The notes under the pieces: model-generated | Seen by the model: only the letters and a program-made list of their open reading frames with translations | Database searches by the model: none | Told to the model about the DNA's origin: nothing | Position numbers and translations under genes: made by a program | Source of the DNA: Macrostomum hystrix | Lineage: Eukaryota; Animalia; Platyhelminthes | Reading direction: 5' to 3' | NCBI GenBank assembly: GCA_950097015.1 | Contig: CATNEN010000038.1 | Location: 22,258,001-22,322,000, forward strand | Length of the DNA: 64,000 nt | Part shown: one piece after another, positions 38,401-53,711 of the stretch | Position numbering within the stretch: position 1 is the stretch's first letter | Layout: each line of letters opens with the position of its first letter

Positions 38401-41400
38401 GACAGAGATAATAAGAGACAGAGATAATAAGAGACAGAGATAAAGAGAGACAGAGATAATAAGAGACAGAGATAATAAGAGACAGAGATAATAAGAGACA
38501 GAGATAATAAGAGACAGAGATAAAGAGAGACAGAGATAAAGAGAGACAGAGATAAAGAGAGACAGAGATAAAGAGAGACAGAGATAAAGAGAGACAGAGA
38601 TAAAGAGAGACAGAGACAAAGAGAGACAGAGATAAAGAGAGACAGACATAAAGAGAGAAGGAGATAAAGAGAGACAGAGATAATGAGAGACAGAGATAAA
38701 GAGAGACAGAGATAAAGAGAGACAGAGATAAAGAGAGACAGAGATAAAGAGAGACAGAGATAAAGAGAGACAGAGATAATGAGAGACAGAGATAAAGAGA
38801 GAAGGAGATAAAGAGAGACAGAGATAAAGAGAGACAGAGATAATGAGAGACAGAGATAAAGAGAGACAGAGATAAAGAGAGACAGACATAAAGAGAGAAG
38901 GAGATAAAGAGAGACAGAGATAATAAGAGACAGAGATAAAGAGAGACAGAGATAAAGAGAGACAGAGATAAAGAGAGACAGAGATAAAGATAGACAGACA
39001 TAAAGAGAGAAGGAGATAAAGAGAGACAGAGATAAAGAGAGACAGAGATAAAGAGGGACAGAGATAATGAGAGACAGAGATAATGAGAGACAGAGATAAT
39101 GAGAGACAGAGATAAAGAGAGACAGAGATAAAGAGAGACAGAGATAAAGAGAGACAGAGATAAAGAGAGAAGGAGATAAAGAGAGACAGAGATAAAGAGA
39201 GACAGAGATAAAGAGAGACAGACATAAAGAGAGAAGGAGATAAAGAGAGACAGAGATAATAAGAGACAGAGATAATAAGAGACAGAGATAAAGAGAGACA
39301 GAGATAAAGAGAGACAGAGATAAAGAGAGACAGAGATAATGAGAGACAGAGATAATAAGAGACAGAGATAATAAGAGACAGAGATAAAGAGAGACAGAGA
39401 TAATAAGAGACAGAGATAATAAGAGACAGAGATAAAGAGAGACAGAGATAATAAGAGACAGAGATAATAAGAGACAGAGATAAAGAGAGACAGAGATAAT
39501 AAGAGACAGAGATAATAAGAGACAGAGATAATGAGAGACAGAGATAAAGAGAGACAGAGATAATAAGAGACAGAGATAATAAGAGACAGAGATAAAGAGA
39601 GACAGAGATAATAAGAGACAGAGATAATAAGAGACAGAGATAAAGAGAGACAGAGATAATAAGAGACAGAGATAATAAGAGACAGAGATAATGAGAGACA
39701 GAGATAAAGAGAGACAGAGATAATAAGAGACAGAGATAATGAGAGACAGAGATAAAGAGAGACAGAGATAATAAGAGACAGAGATAATAAGAGACAGAGA
39801 TAAAGAGACAGAGATAATAAGAGACAGAGATAATAAGAGACAGAGATAATAAGAGACAGAGATAAAGAGAGACAGAGATAATAAGAGACAGAGATAATAA
39901 GAGACAGAGATAAAGAGAGACAGAGATAATAAGAGACAGAGATAATAAGAGACAGAGATAAAGAGAGACAGAGATAAAGAGAGACAGAGATAATGAGAGA
40001 CAGAGATTAAGAGAGACAGAGATAAAGAGAGACAGAGATAAATAGAGACAGAGATAATGAGAGACAGAGATAAAGAGAGACAGAGATAATAAGAGACAGA
40101 GATAATGAGAGACAGAGATAAAGAGAGACAGAGATAATAAGAGACAGAGATAAAGAGAGACAGAGATAAAGAGAGACAGAGATAATGAGAGACAGAGATA
40201 ATAAGAGACAGAGATAATAAGAGACAGAGATAAAGAGAGACAGAGATAATAAGAGACAGAGATAATAAGAGACAGAGATAAAGAGAGACAGAGATAATAA
40301 GAGACAGAGATAATAAGAGACAGAGATAATAAGAGACAGAGATAAAGAGAGACAGAGATAATAAGAGACAGAGATAATAAGAGACAGAGATAAAGAGAGA
40401 CAGAGATAAAGAGAGACAGACATAAAGAGAGAAGGAGATAAAGAGAGACAGAGATAATGAGAGACAGAGATAAAGAGAGACAGAGATAATAAGAGACAGA
40501 GATAATAAGAGACAGAGATAAAGAGAGACAGAGATAATAAGAGACAGAGATAATAAGAGACAGAGATAATAAGAGACAGAGATAATAAGAGACAGAGATA
40601 ATAAGAGACAGAGATAAAGAGAGACAGAGATAATAAGAGACAGAGATAAAGAGAGAAGGAGATAAAGAGAGACAGAGATAAAGAGAGACAGAGATAATAA
40701 GAGACAGAGATAATGAGAGACAGAGATAAAGAGAGACAGAGATAATAAGAGACAGAGATAATAAGAGACAGAGATAAAGAGAGAAGGAGATAAAGAGAGA
40801 CAGAGATAAAGAGAGACAGAGATAAAGAGAGACAGAGATAATAAGAGACAGAGATAAAGAGAGACAGAGATAATGAGAGACAGAGATAATAAGAGACAGA
40901 GATAAAGAGAGACAGAGATAATAAGAGACAGAGATAATAAGAGACAGAGATAAAGAGAGACAGAGATAATAAGAGACAGAGATAATAAGAGACAGAGATA
41001 ATGAGAGACAGAGATAAAGAGAGACAGAGATAATAAGAGACAGAGATAATGAGAGACAGAGATAAAGAGAGACAGAGATAATAAGAGACAGAGATAATAA
41101 GAGACAGAGATAAAGAGAGAAGGAGATAAAGAGAGACAGAGATAAAGAGAGACAGAGATAAAGAGAGACAGAGATAATAAGAGACAGAGATAATAAGAGT
41201 CAGAGATAAAGAGAGACAGAGATAATAAGAGACAGAGATAATAAGAGACAGAGATAAAGAGAGACAGAGATAATAAGAGACAGAGATAATGAGAGACAGA
41301 GATAAAGAGAGACAGAGATAATAAGAGACAGAGATAATGAGAGACAGAGATAAAGAGAGACAGAGATAATAAGAGACAGAGATAATAAGAGACAGAGATA

Positions 41401-44400
41401 AAGAGAGACAGAGATAATAAGAGACAGAGATAATAAGAGACAGAGATAAAGAGAGACAGAGATAATAAGAGACAGAGATAATAAGAGACAGAGATAATAA
41501 GAGACAGAGATAATAAGAGACAGAGATAAAGAGAGACAGAGATAAAGAGAGACAGAGATAAAGAGAGACAGAGATAAAGAGAGACAGAGATAAAGAGAGA
41601 CAGAGATAAAGAGAGACAGAGACAAAGAGAGACAGAGATAAAGAGAGACAGACATAAAGAGAGAAGGAGATAAAGAGAGACAGAGATAATGAGAGACAGA
41701 GATAAAGAGAGACAGAGATAAAGAGAGACAGAGATAAAGAGAGACAGAGATAAAGAGAGACAGAGATAAAGAGAGACAGAGATAATGAGAGACAGAGATA
41801 AAGAGAGAAGGAGATAAAGAGAGACAGAGATAAAGAGAGACAGAGATAATGAGAGACAGAGATAAAGAGAGACAGAGATAAAGAGAGACAGACATAAAGA
41901 GAGAAGGAGATAAAGAGAGACAGAGATAATAAGAGACAGAGATAAAGAGAGACAGAGATAAAGAGAGACAGAGATAAAGAGAGACAGAGATAAAGATAGA
42001 CAGACATAAAGAGAGAAGGAGATAAAGAGAGACAGAGATAAAGAGAGACAGAGATAAAGAGGGACAGAGATAATGAGAGACAGAGATAATGAGAGACAGA
42101 GATAATGAGAGACAGAGATAAAGAGAGACAGAGATAAAGAGAGACAGAGATAAAGAGAGACAGAGATAAAGAGAGAAGGAGATAAAGAGAGACAGAGATA
42201 AAGAGAGACAGAGATAAAGAGAGACAGACATAAAGAGAGAAGGAGATAAAGAGAGACAGAGATAATAAGAGACAGAGATAATAAGAGACAGAGATAAAGA
42301 GAGACAGAGATAAAGAGAGACAGAGATAAAGAGAGACAGAGATAATGAGAGACAGAGATAATAAGAGACAGAGATAATAAGAGACAGAGATAAAGAGAGA
42401 CAGAGATAATAAGAGACAGAGATAATAAGAGACAGAGATAATAAGAGACAGAGATAAAGAGAGACAGAGATAAAGAGAGACAGACATAAAGAGAGAAGGA
42501 GATAAAGAGAGACAGAGATAATGAGAGACAGAGATAAAGAGAGACAGAGATAATAAGAGACAGAGATAATAAGAGACAGAGATAAAGAGAGACAGAGATA
42601 ATAAGAGACAGAGATAATAAGAGACAGAGATAATAAGAGACAGAGATAATAAGAGACAGAGATAATAAGAGACAGAGATAAAGAGAGACAGAGATAATAA
42701 GAGACAGAGATAAAGAGAGAAGGAGATAAAGAGAGACAGAGATAAAGAGAGACAGAGATAATAAGAGACAGAGATAATGAGAGACAGAGATAAAGAGAGA
42801 CAGAGATAATAAGAGACAGAGATAATAAGAGACAGAGATAAAGAGAGAAGGAGATAAAGAGAGACAGAGATAAAGAGAGACAGAGATAAAGAGAGACAGA
42901 GATAATAAGAGACAGAGATAAAGAGAGACAGAGATAATGAGAGACAGAGATAATAAGAGACAGAGATAAAGAGAGACAGAGATAATAAGAGACAGAGATA
43001 ATAAGAGACAGAGATAAAGAGAGACAGAGATAATAAGAGACAGAGATAATAAGAGACAGAGATAATGAGAGACAGAGATAAAGAGAGACAGAGATAATAA
43101 GAGACAGAGATAATGAGAGACAGAGATAAAGAGAGACAGAGATAATAAGAGACAGAGATAATAAGAGACAGAGATAAAGAGAGAAGGAGATAAAGAGAGA
43201 CAGAGATAAAGAGAGACAGAGATAAAGAGAGACAGAGATAATAAGAGACAGAGATAATAAGAGTCAGAGATAAAGAGAGACAGAGATAATAAGAGACAGA
43301 GATAATAAGAGACAGAGATAAAGAGAGACAGAGATAATAAGAGACAGAGATAATGAGAGACAGAGATAAAGAGAGACAGAGATAATAAGAGACAGAGATA
43401 ATGAGAGACAGAGATAAAGAGAGACAGAGATAATAAGAGACAGAGATAATAAGAGACAGAGATAAAGAGAGACAGAGATAATAAGAGACAGAGATAATAA
43501 GAGACAGAGATAAAGAGAGACAGAGATAATAAGAGACAGAGATAATAAGAGACAGAGATAATAAGAGACAGAGATAATAAGAGACAGAGATAAAGAGAGA
43601 CAGAGATAAAGAGAGACAGAGATAAAGAGAGACAGAGATAAAGAGAGACAGAGATAAAGAGAGACAGAGATAAAGAGAGACAGAGACAAAGAGAGACAGA
43701 GATAAAGAGAGACAGACATAAAGAGAGAAGGAGATAAAGAGAGACAGAGATAATGAGAGACAGAGATAAAGAGAGACAGAGATAAAGAGAGACAGAGATA
43801 AAGAGAGACAGAGATAAAGAGAGACAGAGATAAAGAGAGACAGAGATAATGAGAGACAGAGATAAAGAGAGAAGGAGATAAAGAGAGACAGAGATAAAGA
43901 GAGACAGAGATAATGAGAGACAGAGATAAAGAGAGACAGAGATAAAGAGAGACAGACATAAAGAGAGAAGGAGATAAAGAGAGACAGAGATAATAAGAGA
44001 CAGAGATAAAGAGAGACAGAGATAAAGAGAGACAGAGATAAAGAGAGACAGAGATAAAGATAGACAGACATAAAGAGAGAAGGAGATAAAGAGAGACAGA
44101 GATAAAGAGAGACAGAGATAAAGAGGGACAGAGATAATGAGAGACAGAGATAATGAGAGACAGAGATAATGAGAGACAGAGATAAAGAGAGACAGAGATA
44201 AAGAGAGACAGAGATAAAGAGAGACAGAGATAAAGAGAGAAGGAGATAAAGAGAGACAGAGATAAAGAGAGACAGAGATAAAGAGAGACAGACATAAAGA
44301 GAGAAGGAGATAAAGAGAGACAGAGATAATAAGAGACAGAGATAATAAGAGACAGAGATAAAGAGAGACAGAGATAAAGAGAGACAGAGATAAAGAGAGA

Positions 44401-47400
44401 CAGAGATAATGAGAGACAGAGATAATAAGAGACAGAGATAATAAGAGACAGAGATAAAGAGAGACAGAGATAATAAGAGACAGAGATAATAAGAGACAGA
44501 GATAAAGAGAGACAGAGATAATAAGAGACAGAGATAATAAGAGACAGAGATAAAGAGAGACAGAGATAATAAGAGACAGAGATAATAAGAGACAGAGATA
44601 ATGAGAGACAGAGATAAAGAGAGACAGAGATAATAAGAGACAGAGATAATAAGAGACAGAGATAAAGAGAGACAGAGATAATAAGAGACAGAGATAATAA
44701 GAGACAGAGATAAAGAGAGACAGAGATAATAAGAGACAGAGATAATAAGAGACAGAGATAATGAGAGACAGAGATAAAGAGAGACAGAGATAATAAGAGA
44801 CAGAGATAATGAGAGACAGAGATAAAGAGAGACAGAGATAATAAGAGACAGAGATAATAAGAGACAGAGATAAAGAGAGACAGAGATAAAGAGAGACAGA
44901 CATAAAGAGAGAAGGAGATAAAGAGAGACAGAGATAATGAGAGACAGAGATAATAAGAGACAGAGATAATAAGAGACAGAGATAAAGAGAGACAGAGATA
45001 ATAAGAGACAGAGATAAAGAGAGAAGGAGATAAAGAGAGACAGAGATAAAGAGAGACAGAGATAATAAGAGACAGAGATAATGAGAGACAGAGATAAAGA
45101 GAGACAGAGATAATAAGAGACAGAGATAATAAGAGACAGAGATAAAGAGAGAAGGAGATAAAGAGAGACAGAGATAAAGAGAGACAGAGATAAAGAGAGA
45201 CAGAGATAATAAGAGACAGAGATAAAGAGAGACAGAGATAATGAGAGACAGAGATAATAAGAGACAGAGATAAAGAGAGACAGAGATAATAAGAGACAGA
45301 GATAAGAAGAGACAGAGATAAAGAGAGACAGAGATAATAAGAGACAGAGATAATAAGAGACAGAGATAATGAGAGACAGAGATAAAGAGAGACAGAGATA
45401 ATAAGAGACAGAGATAATGAGAGACAGAGATAAAGAGAGACAGAGATAATAAGAGACAGAGATAATAAGAGACAGAGATAAAGAGAGAAGGAGATAAAGA
45501 GAGACAGAGATAAAGAGAGACAGAGATAAAGAGAGACAGAGATAATAAGAGACAGAGATAATAAGAGTCAGAGATAAAGAGAGACAGAGATAATAAGAGA
45601 CAGAGATAATAAGAGACAGAGATAAAGAGAGACAGAGATAATAAGAGACAGAGATAATGAGAGACAGAGATAAAGAGAGACAGAGATAATAAGAGACAGA
45701 GATAATGAGAGACAGAGATAAAGAGAGACAGAGATAATAAGAGACAGAGATAATAAGAGACAGAGATAAAGAGAGACAGAGATAATAAGAGACAGAGATA
45801 ATAAGAGACAGAGATAAAGAGAGACAGAGATAATAAGAGACAGAGATAATAAGAGACAGAGATAATAAGAGACAGAGATAATAAGAGACAGAGATAAAGA
45901 GAGACAGAGATAAAGAGAGACAGAGATAAAGAGAGACAGAGATAAAGAGAGACAGAGATAAAGAGAGACAGAGATAAAGAGAGACAGAGACAAAGAGAGA
46001 CAGAGATAAAGAGAGACAGACATAAAGAGAGAAGGAGATAAAGAGAGACAGAGATAATGAGAGACAGAGATAAAGAGAGACAGAGATAAAGAGAGACAGA
46101 GATAAAGAGAGACAGAGATAAAGAGAGACAGAGATAAAGAGAGACAGAGATAATGAGAGACAGAGATAAAGAGAGAAGGAGATAAAGAGAGACAGAGATA
46201 AAGAGAGACAGAGATAATGAGAGACAGAGATAAAGAGAGACAGAGATAAAGAGAGACAGACATAAAGAGAGAAGGAGATAAAGAGAGACAGAGATAATAA
46301 GAGACAGAGATAAAGAGAGACAGAGATAAAGAGAGACAGAGATAAAGAGAGACAGAGATAAAGATAGACAGACATAAAGAGAGAAGGAGATAAAGAGAGA
46401 CAGAGATAAAGAGAGACAGAGATAAAGAGGGACAGAGATAATGAGAGACAGAGATAATGAGAGACAGAGATAATGAGAGACAGAGATAAAGAGAGACAGA
46501 GATAAAGAGAGACAGAGATAAAGAGAGACAGAGATAAAGAGATAAGGAGATAAAGAGAGACAGAGATAAAGAGAGACAGAGATAAAGAGAGACAGACATA
46601 AAGAGAGAAGGAGATAAAGAGAGACAGAGATAATAAGAGACAGAGATAATAAGAGACAGAGATAAAGAGAGACAGAGATAAAGAGAGACAGAGATAAAGA
46701 GAGACAGAGATAATGAGAGACAGAGATAATAAGAGACAGAGATAATAAGAGACAGAGATAAAGAGAGACAGAGATAATAAGAGACAGAGATAATAAGAGA
46801 CAGAGATAAAGAGAGACAGAGATAATAAGAGACAGAGATAATAAGAGACAGAGATAAAGAGAGACAGAGATAATAAGAGACAGAGATAATAAGAGACAGA
46901 GATAATGAGAGACAGAGATAAAGAGAGACAGAGATAATAAGAGACAGAGATAATAAGAGACAGAGATAAAGAGAGACAGAGATAATAAGAGACAGAGATA
47001 ATAAGAGACAGAGATAAAGAGAGACAGAGATAATAAGAGACAGAGATAATAAGAGACAGAGATAATGAGAGACAGAGATAAAGAGAGACAGAGATAATAA
47101 GAGACAGAGATAATGAGAGACAGAGATAAAGAGAGACAGAGATAATAAGAGACAGAGATAATAAGAGACAGAGATAAAGAGACAGAGATAATAAGAGACA
47201 GAGATAATAAGAGACAGAGATAATAAGAGACAGAGATAAAGAGAGACAGAGATAATAAGAGACAGAGATAATAAGAGACAGAGATAAAGAGAGACAGAGA
47301 TAATAAGAGACAGAGATAATAAGAGACAGAGATAAAGAGAGACAGAGATAAAGAGAGACAGAGATAATGAGAGACAGAGATTAAGAGAGACAGAGATAAA

Positions 47401-50400
47401 GAGAGACAGAGATAAATAGAGACAGAGATAATGAGAGACAGAGATAAAGAGAGACAGAGATAATAAGAGACAGAGATAATGAGAGACAGAGATAAAGAGA
47501 GACAGAGATAATAAGAGACAGAGATAAAGAGAGACAGAGATAAAGAGAGACAGAGATAATGAGAGACAGAGATAATAAGAGACAGAGATAATAAGAGACA
47601 GAGATAAAGAGAGACAGAGATAATAAGAGACAGAGATAATAAGAGACAGAGATAAAGAGAGACAGAGATAATAAGAGACAGAGATAATAAGAGACAGAGA
47701 TAATAAGAGACAGAGATAATAAGAGACAGAGATAAAGAGAGACAGAGATAAAGAGAGACAGAGATAAAGAGAGACAGAGATAAAGAGAGACAGAGATAAA
47801 GAGAGACAGAGATAAAGAGAGACAGAGACAAAGAGAGACAGAGATAAAGAGAGACAGACATAAAGAGAGAAGGAGATAAAGAGAGACAGAGATAATGAGA
47901 GACAGAGATAAAGAGAGACAGAGATAAAGAGAGACAGAGATAAAGAGAGACAGAGATAAAGAGAGACAGAGATAAAGAGAGACAGAGATAATGAGAGACA
48001 GAGATAAAGAGAGAAGGAGATAAAGAGAGACAGAGATAAAGAGAGACAGAGATAATGAGAGACAGAGATAAAGAGAGACAGAGATAAAGAGAGACAGACA
48101 TAAAGAGAGAAGGAGATAAAGAGAGACAGAGATAATAAGAGACAGAGATAAAGAGAGACAGAGATAAAGAGAGACAGAGATAAAGAGAGACAGAGATAAA
48201 GATAGACAGACATAAAGAGAGAAGGAGATAAAGAGAGACAGAGATAAAGAGAGACAGAGATAAAGAGGGACAGAGATAATGAGAGACAGAGATAATGAGA
48301 GACAGAGATAATGAGAGACAGAGATAAAGAGAGACAGAGATAAAGAGAGACAGAGATAAAGAGAGACAGAGATAAAGAGAGAAGGAGATAAAGAGAGACA
48401 GAGATAAAGAGAGACAGAGATAAAGAGAGACAGACATAAAGAGAGAAGGAGATAAAGAGAGACAGAGATAATAAGAGACAGAGATAATAAGAGACAGAGA
48501 TAAAGAGAGACAGAGATAAAGAGAGACAGAGATAAAGAGAGACAGAGATAATGAGAGACAGAGATAATAAGAGACAGAGATAATAAGAGACAGAGATAAA
48601 GAGAGACAGAGATAATAAGAGACAGAGATAATAAGAGACAGAGATAAAGAGAGACAGAGATAATAAGAGACAGAGATAATAAGAGACAGAGATAAAGAGA
48701 GACAGAGATAATAAGAGACAGAGATAATAAGAGACAGAGATAATGAGAGACAGAGATAAAGAGAGACAGAGATAATAAGAGACAGAGATAATAAGAGACA
48801 GAGATAAAGAGAGACAGAGATAATAAGAGACAGAGATAATAAGAGACAGAGATAAAGAGAGACAGAGATAATAAGAGACAGAGATAATAAGAGACAGAGA
48901 TAATGAGAGACAGAGATAAAGAGAGACAGAGATAATAAGAGACAGAGATAATGAGAGACAGAGATAAAGAGAGACAGAGATAATAAGAGACAGAGATAAT
49001 AAGAGACAGAGATAAAGAGACAGAGATAATAAGAGACAGAGATAATAAGAGACAGAGATAATAAGAGACAGAGATAAAGAGAGACAGAGATAATAAGAGA
49101 CAGAGATAATAAGAGACAGAGATAAAGAGAGACAGAGATAATAAGAGACAGAGATAATAAGAGACAGAGATAAAGAGAGACAGAGATAAAGAGAGACAGA
49201 GATAATGAGAGACAGAGATTAAGAGAGACAGAGATAAAGAGAGACAGAGATAAATAGAGACAGAGATAATGAGAGACAGAGATAAAGAGAGACAGAGATA
49301 ATAAGAGACAGAGATAATGAGAGACAGAGATAAAGAGAGACAGAGATAATAAGAGACAGAGATAAAGAGAGACAGAGATAAAGAGAGACAGAGATAATGA
49401 GAGACAGAGATAATAAGAGACAGAGATAATAAGAGACAGAGATAAAGAGAGACAGAGATAATAAGAGACAGAGATAATAAGAGACAGAGATAAAGAGAGA
49501 CAGAGATAATAAGAGACAGAGATAATAAGAGACAGAGATAAAGAGAGACAGAGATAATAAGAGACAGAGATAATAAGAGACAGAGATAATGAGAGACAGA
49601 GATAAAGAGAGACAGAGATAATAAGAGACAGAGATAATGAGAGACAGAGATAAAGAGAGACAGAGATAATAAGAGACAGAGATAATAAGAGACAGAGATA
49701 AAGAGAGACAGAGATAATAAGAGACAGAGATAATAAGAGACAGAGATAATAAGAGACAGAGATAAAGAGAGACAGAGATAATAAGAGACAGAGATAATAA
49801 GAGACAGAGATAAAGAGAGACAGAGATAATAAGAGACAGAGATAATAAGAGACAGAGATAAAGAGAGACAGAGATAATAAGAGACAGAGATAATAAGAGA
49901 CAGAGATAAAGAGAGACAGCGATAATGAGAGACAGAGATAAAGAGAGACAGAGATAATGAGAGACAGAGATAAAGAGAGACAGAGATAATAAGAGACAGA
50001 GATAATAAGAGACAGAGATAATAAGAGACAGAGATAATAAGAGACATAGATAAAGAGAGACAGCGATAATGAGAGACAGAGATAAAGAGAGACAGAGATA
50101 ATGAGAGACAGATAAAGAGAGACAGAGATAATAAGAGACAGAGATAATAAGAGACAGAGATAATAAGAGACAGAGATAATAAGAGACAGAGATAATAAGA
50201 GACAGAGATAATAAGAGACAGAGATAATAAGAGACAGAGATAATAAGAGACAGAGATAATAAGAGACAGAGATAATAAGAGACAGAGATAATAAGAGACA
50301 GGGATAATAAGAGACAGAGATAATAAGAGACTGAGATAATAAGAGACAGAGATAATAAGAGACAGAGATAATAAGAGACAGAGATAATAAGAGACAGAGA

Positions 50401-50523
50401 TAATAAGAGACAGAGATAATAAGAGACAGAGATAATAAGAGACAGAGATAATAAGAGACAGAGATAATAAGAGACAGAGATAATAAGAGACAGAGATAAT
50501 AAGAGACAGAGATAATAAGAGAC
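29461..50523. repeat. 21-kb 16-bp satellite (~1300 units) with 1.8-3.0-kb higher-order repeats
   Basis: GAGACAGAGATA + {AAGA, ATAA, ATGA}; the rare marker GATAGACAGACAT recurs at 33551, 36351, 38989, 41995, 44059, 46363 and 48201. Confidence 0.98.
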
Positions 50524-51029
50524 TAAATTAGAGTCTGCATGCTTGATCAGCTATTTAAAATGCGTCTTGAGATGTATTTCTGCAAGTTGAATGCAATATA
50601 CGACAAATAGATTTTTCTAGTAGAGTTGCTCCGAAAAAAAGTAAAAATGATAGAATCACAGGTGAAAGCGCTGACTGAGTGTGCCATGCAGTGCTATTGT
50701 CTAAAAAGCAGTCAGAGAGGAAGAGAGTGAAAATAGAAAACATTAAACCGGATCAAACAATAGGATTGGAGCGCTATTTTTTTTCATTACGCTTTTAAGA
50801 GCCGCTGATGGGAACAAAAGGTGACTTTTTAGCAGAAAAAAACAGTGGCTCGTAGCTTTATTAAAAAGACAATAGAAATTAGAAGTGTGAAATGAGAATT
50901 TCATAGACAATTGCTTTATCCTGTGCGTGCTTGAAATTCAATAAAATTTTCGCAGTTTCTTTTTTTCATTCTTTCCTAATTCCATTTCTGCTTTTAGCAA
51001 TGACAGTTGATAGGTCATAGAATGTGATC

Positions 51030-51702
51030 CTGATGACCCAGATCATAGATCACTGAATGACCGAGGTCATAAATCACAGAATGATCAAAATCATAGATCA
51101 CAGAATGACCAAGATTATAGATCACAGAATGACCAAGATTATAGATCACAGAATGACCAAAATCATTGAATCGCAGAATGACAAAGATAATAGATGACCA
51201 AATGACCAAGATCATAGATTACGGAATGACCAAGATCATAAATCACAGCATGACCAAGATTATAGATCCCAGAATGGCCTAGATCATAGATGACCAAATT
51301 ACCAAGATCATAGAACACAGAATGACCAAGATCATAAATCACAGAATGACCAAGATCATAGATCACTCAATGACCAAGATCATAAATCACAGAATGACCA
51401 AGATCATAAATCACAGAATGACCAAGATCATAGATCACAGATCACTCAATGACCAAGATCATAAATCACAGAATGACCAAGATCATAGATCACAGATCAC
51501 TCAATGACCAAGATCATAAATCACAGAATGACCAAGATCATAGATCACTCAATGACCAAGATCATAAATTACAGCAATGACCAAGATCATAGATTACAGA
51601 ATGACCAAGATTATAGGCAAAAGAATGAGCAAGATCATAGATTACAGAATGACCAAGATTATAGGCAAAAGAATGAGCAAGATCATAGATAACAGAATGA
51701 CC
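51030..51702. repeat. 24-bp minisatellite (degenerate)
   Basis: Unit ATGACCAAGATCATAGATCACAGA. Confidence 0.9.
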
Positions 51703-52454
51703 ATTGTATGTCTTAAAAAAAAGCATCCTTTAAAAATAAAAAAATCTAAGGAGTAGATAATTCTAGAATGAAATTAATGAAACATGCCGACAATAATTAG
51801 TGAAAAGTATTCCTTGTTCTCTGTTGTTGTTTATTAAAGTTGACAATCTTCAAACTAAATAGCTTGGAGAGGACACAGCAGTGGTGGGTATTATTACCAC
51901 TTGGTAGGAATGAAAAGTGAACGAAATTCTGAAAGAATGAAAGAATGCGACTCGCACGCGTTGACAGGCAGGTGAGAAATGTTTCCGTGGAAATTAATAA
52001 TTTTCTTAGCCTGTCAATCAAATGTCATGCTCAATGAAATGCAAACGCCGCTGCAGTTTTGGCATTGACAAGCTCGAATAATCTAAGGTCCAATCAAGCT
52101 TGTCAATCTGCGATCACACTTGAAAACCAACTCAACGCTAGTCTCTAGTTCTCGGTTTGAGACTTCACAAAGGCGAGAACAGTATAAGTAACTCAAAGAT
52201 ACATTGAGCATATGAGAAATTCGGGATTTGTCAAATCAGAGTGGACTCAAATTGATTTCAAAATTTGCAACAACAATCAAGCTTACAAGCTGTCTCAAAT
52301 TATTTGACGAGCTAATTACACCCGCTGGTTTAAGTCTGCCATTGGATCCCAGGCCCCGTTTCCAATTATCATTTATCGCCACTTCAATTGAAAAAGAGAG
52401 ATGCAATTTTTATAAAGTAGGATAGGCAGCGAAAGGAAGTTTGTAATTTTTGTT

Positions 52455-53056
52455 GGGGAGAGGATGACAGGGGAAGGGGAAGAGGATGAGAAAGGAGGGG
52501 GAGAGGATGACAGGGGAAGGGGGAGAGGATGACAAAGGAGTGGGAGAGGATGACTGGGGAAGGGGAGAGGAAGACAGGGAAGGGGAAGAGGATGACAAAG
52601 GAGGGGGAGAGGATGACAGGCAAGGGGAAGAGGATGACGAAGAAGGGGAGAGGATGACAGGGAAGGGGAAGAGGATGACGAAGGAGGGGAGAGGATGACT
52701 GGGGAAGGGGAGAGGAAGACAGGGAAGGGGAAGAGGATGACAAAGGAGGGGGAGAGGATGACAGGCAAGGGGAAGAGGATGACGAAGAAGGGGAGAGGAT
52801 GACAGGGAAGGGGAAGAGGATGACGAAGGAGGGGAGAGGATGACAGGGAAGGGGGAGAGGATGACGAAGGAGGGGAGAGGATGACAGGGAAGGGGGAGAG
52901 GATGACAAAGGAGGGGAGAGGATGACAGGGAAGGGGGAGAGGATGACGAAGGAGGGGAGAGGATGACAGGGAAGGGGAAGAGGATGACGAAGGAGGGGAG
53001 AGGATGACAGGGAAGGGGGAGAGGATGACAAAGGAGGGGAGAGGATGACAGGGGAG
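52455..53056. repeat. G/A-rich ~22-bp tandem repeat
   Basis: Variants GGGGAGAGGATGACAGGGAAG and GGGGAAGAGGATGACGAAGGA. Confidence 0.88.
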
Positions 53057-53397
53057 GTGGCGAGAAAGTCTAGAAACTGCATTGAATATTTAAAGAAGGT
53101 GAGAAGCTGAGATAGAGACCTAGAGAACGGTATCCAAAACAGTTGGCGACGATACATGCATAAATAGGAGGTAGACATAACGATATAGGAAGTCTCAAGT
53201 TTCCTCATTCAAGGTGATAAATCATCGCAAACTCCTCATGGTTGAACTGGGATTAATAAGAATAACTAAATAAGAAGAGCTCTTAAAGTGATTGTTGAGT
53301 ACAGGCACACTGTCACATCAGCTATGCAGGGTTGACATTGACGTATGAGCAAACTCACTGTGCCTAATGCCATTTTACTAGCACCTCGTATGCTTCT

Positions 53398-53711
53398 TAT
53401 CCTATATCACTCTACCGCTCATCCTGTCACTCTACCTCTCATCCTATCACTCTACCTTTCATCCTGTCACTCTACCTCTCATCCTATCACTTACCTCTCA
53501 TCCTATCACTCTACCTCTCATCCTGTCACTCTACCTCTCATCCTGTCACTCTACCTCTCATCCTGTCACTCTACCTCTCATCCTGTCACTCTACCTCTCA
53601 TCCTATCACTCTACCTCTCATCCTGTCACTCTACCTCTCATCCTGTCACTCTACCTCTCATCCTATCACTCTACCTCTCATCCTGTCACTCTACCTCTCA
53701 TCCTGTCACTC
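53398..53711. repeat. 20-bp minisatellite
   Basis: Unit TCACTCTACCTCTCATCCT(G/A). Confidence 0.93.

Noticed and set aside
29324-50047. Giant minus-strand ORFs (up to 4293 aa, LSLSLFISVSLYLC repeats)
   Set aside because: The pyrimidine-rich strand of the 16-bp satellite lacks stops in all three frames; artefact.
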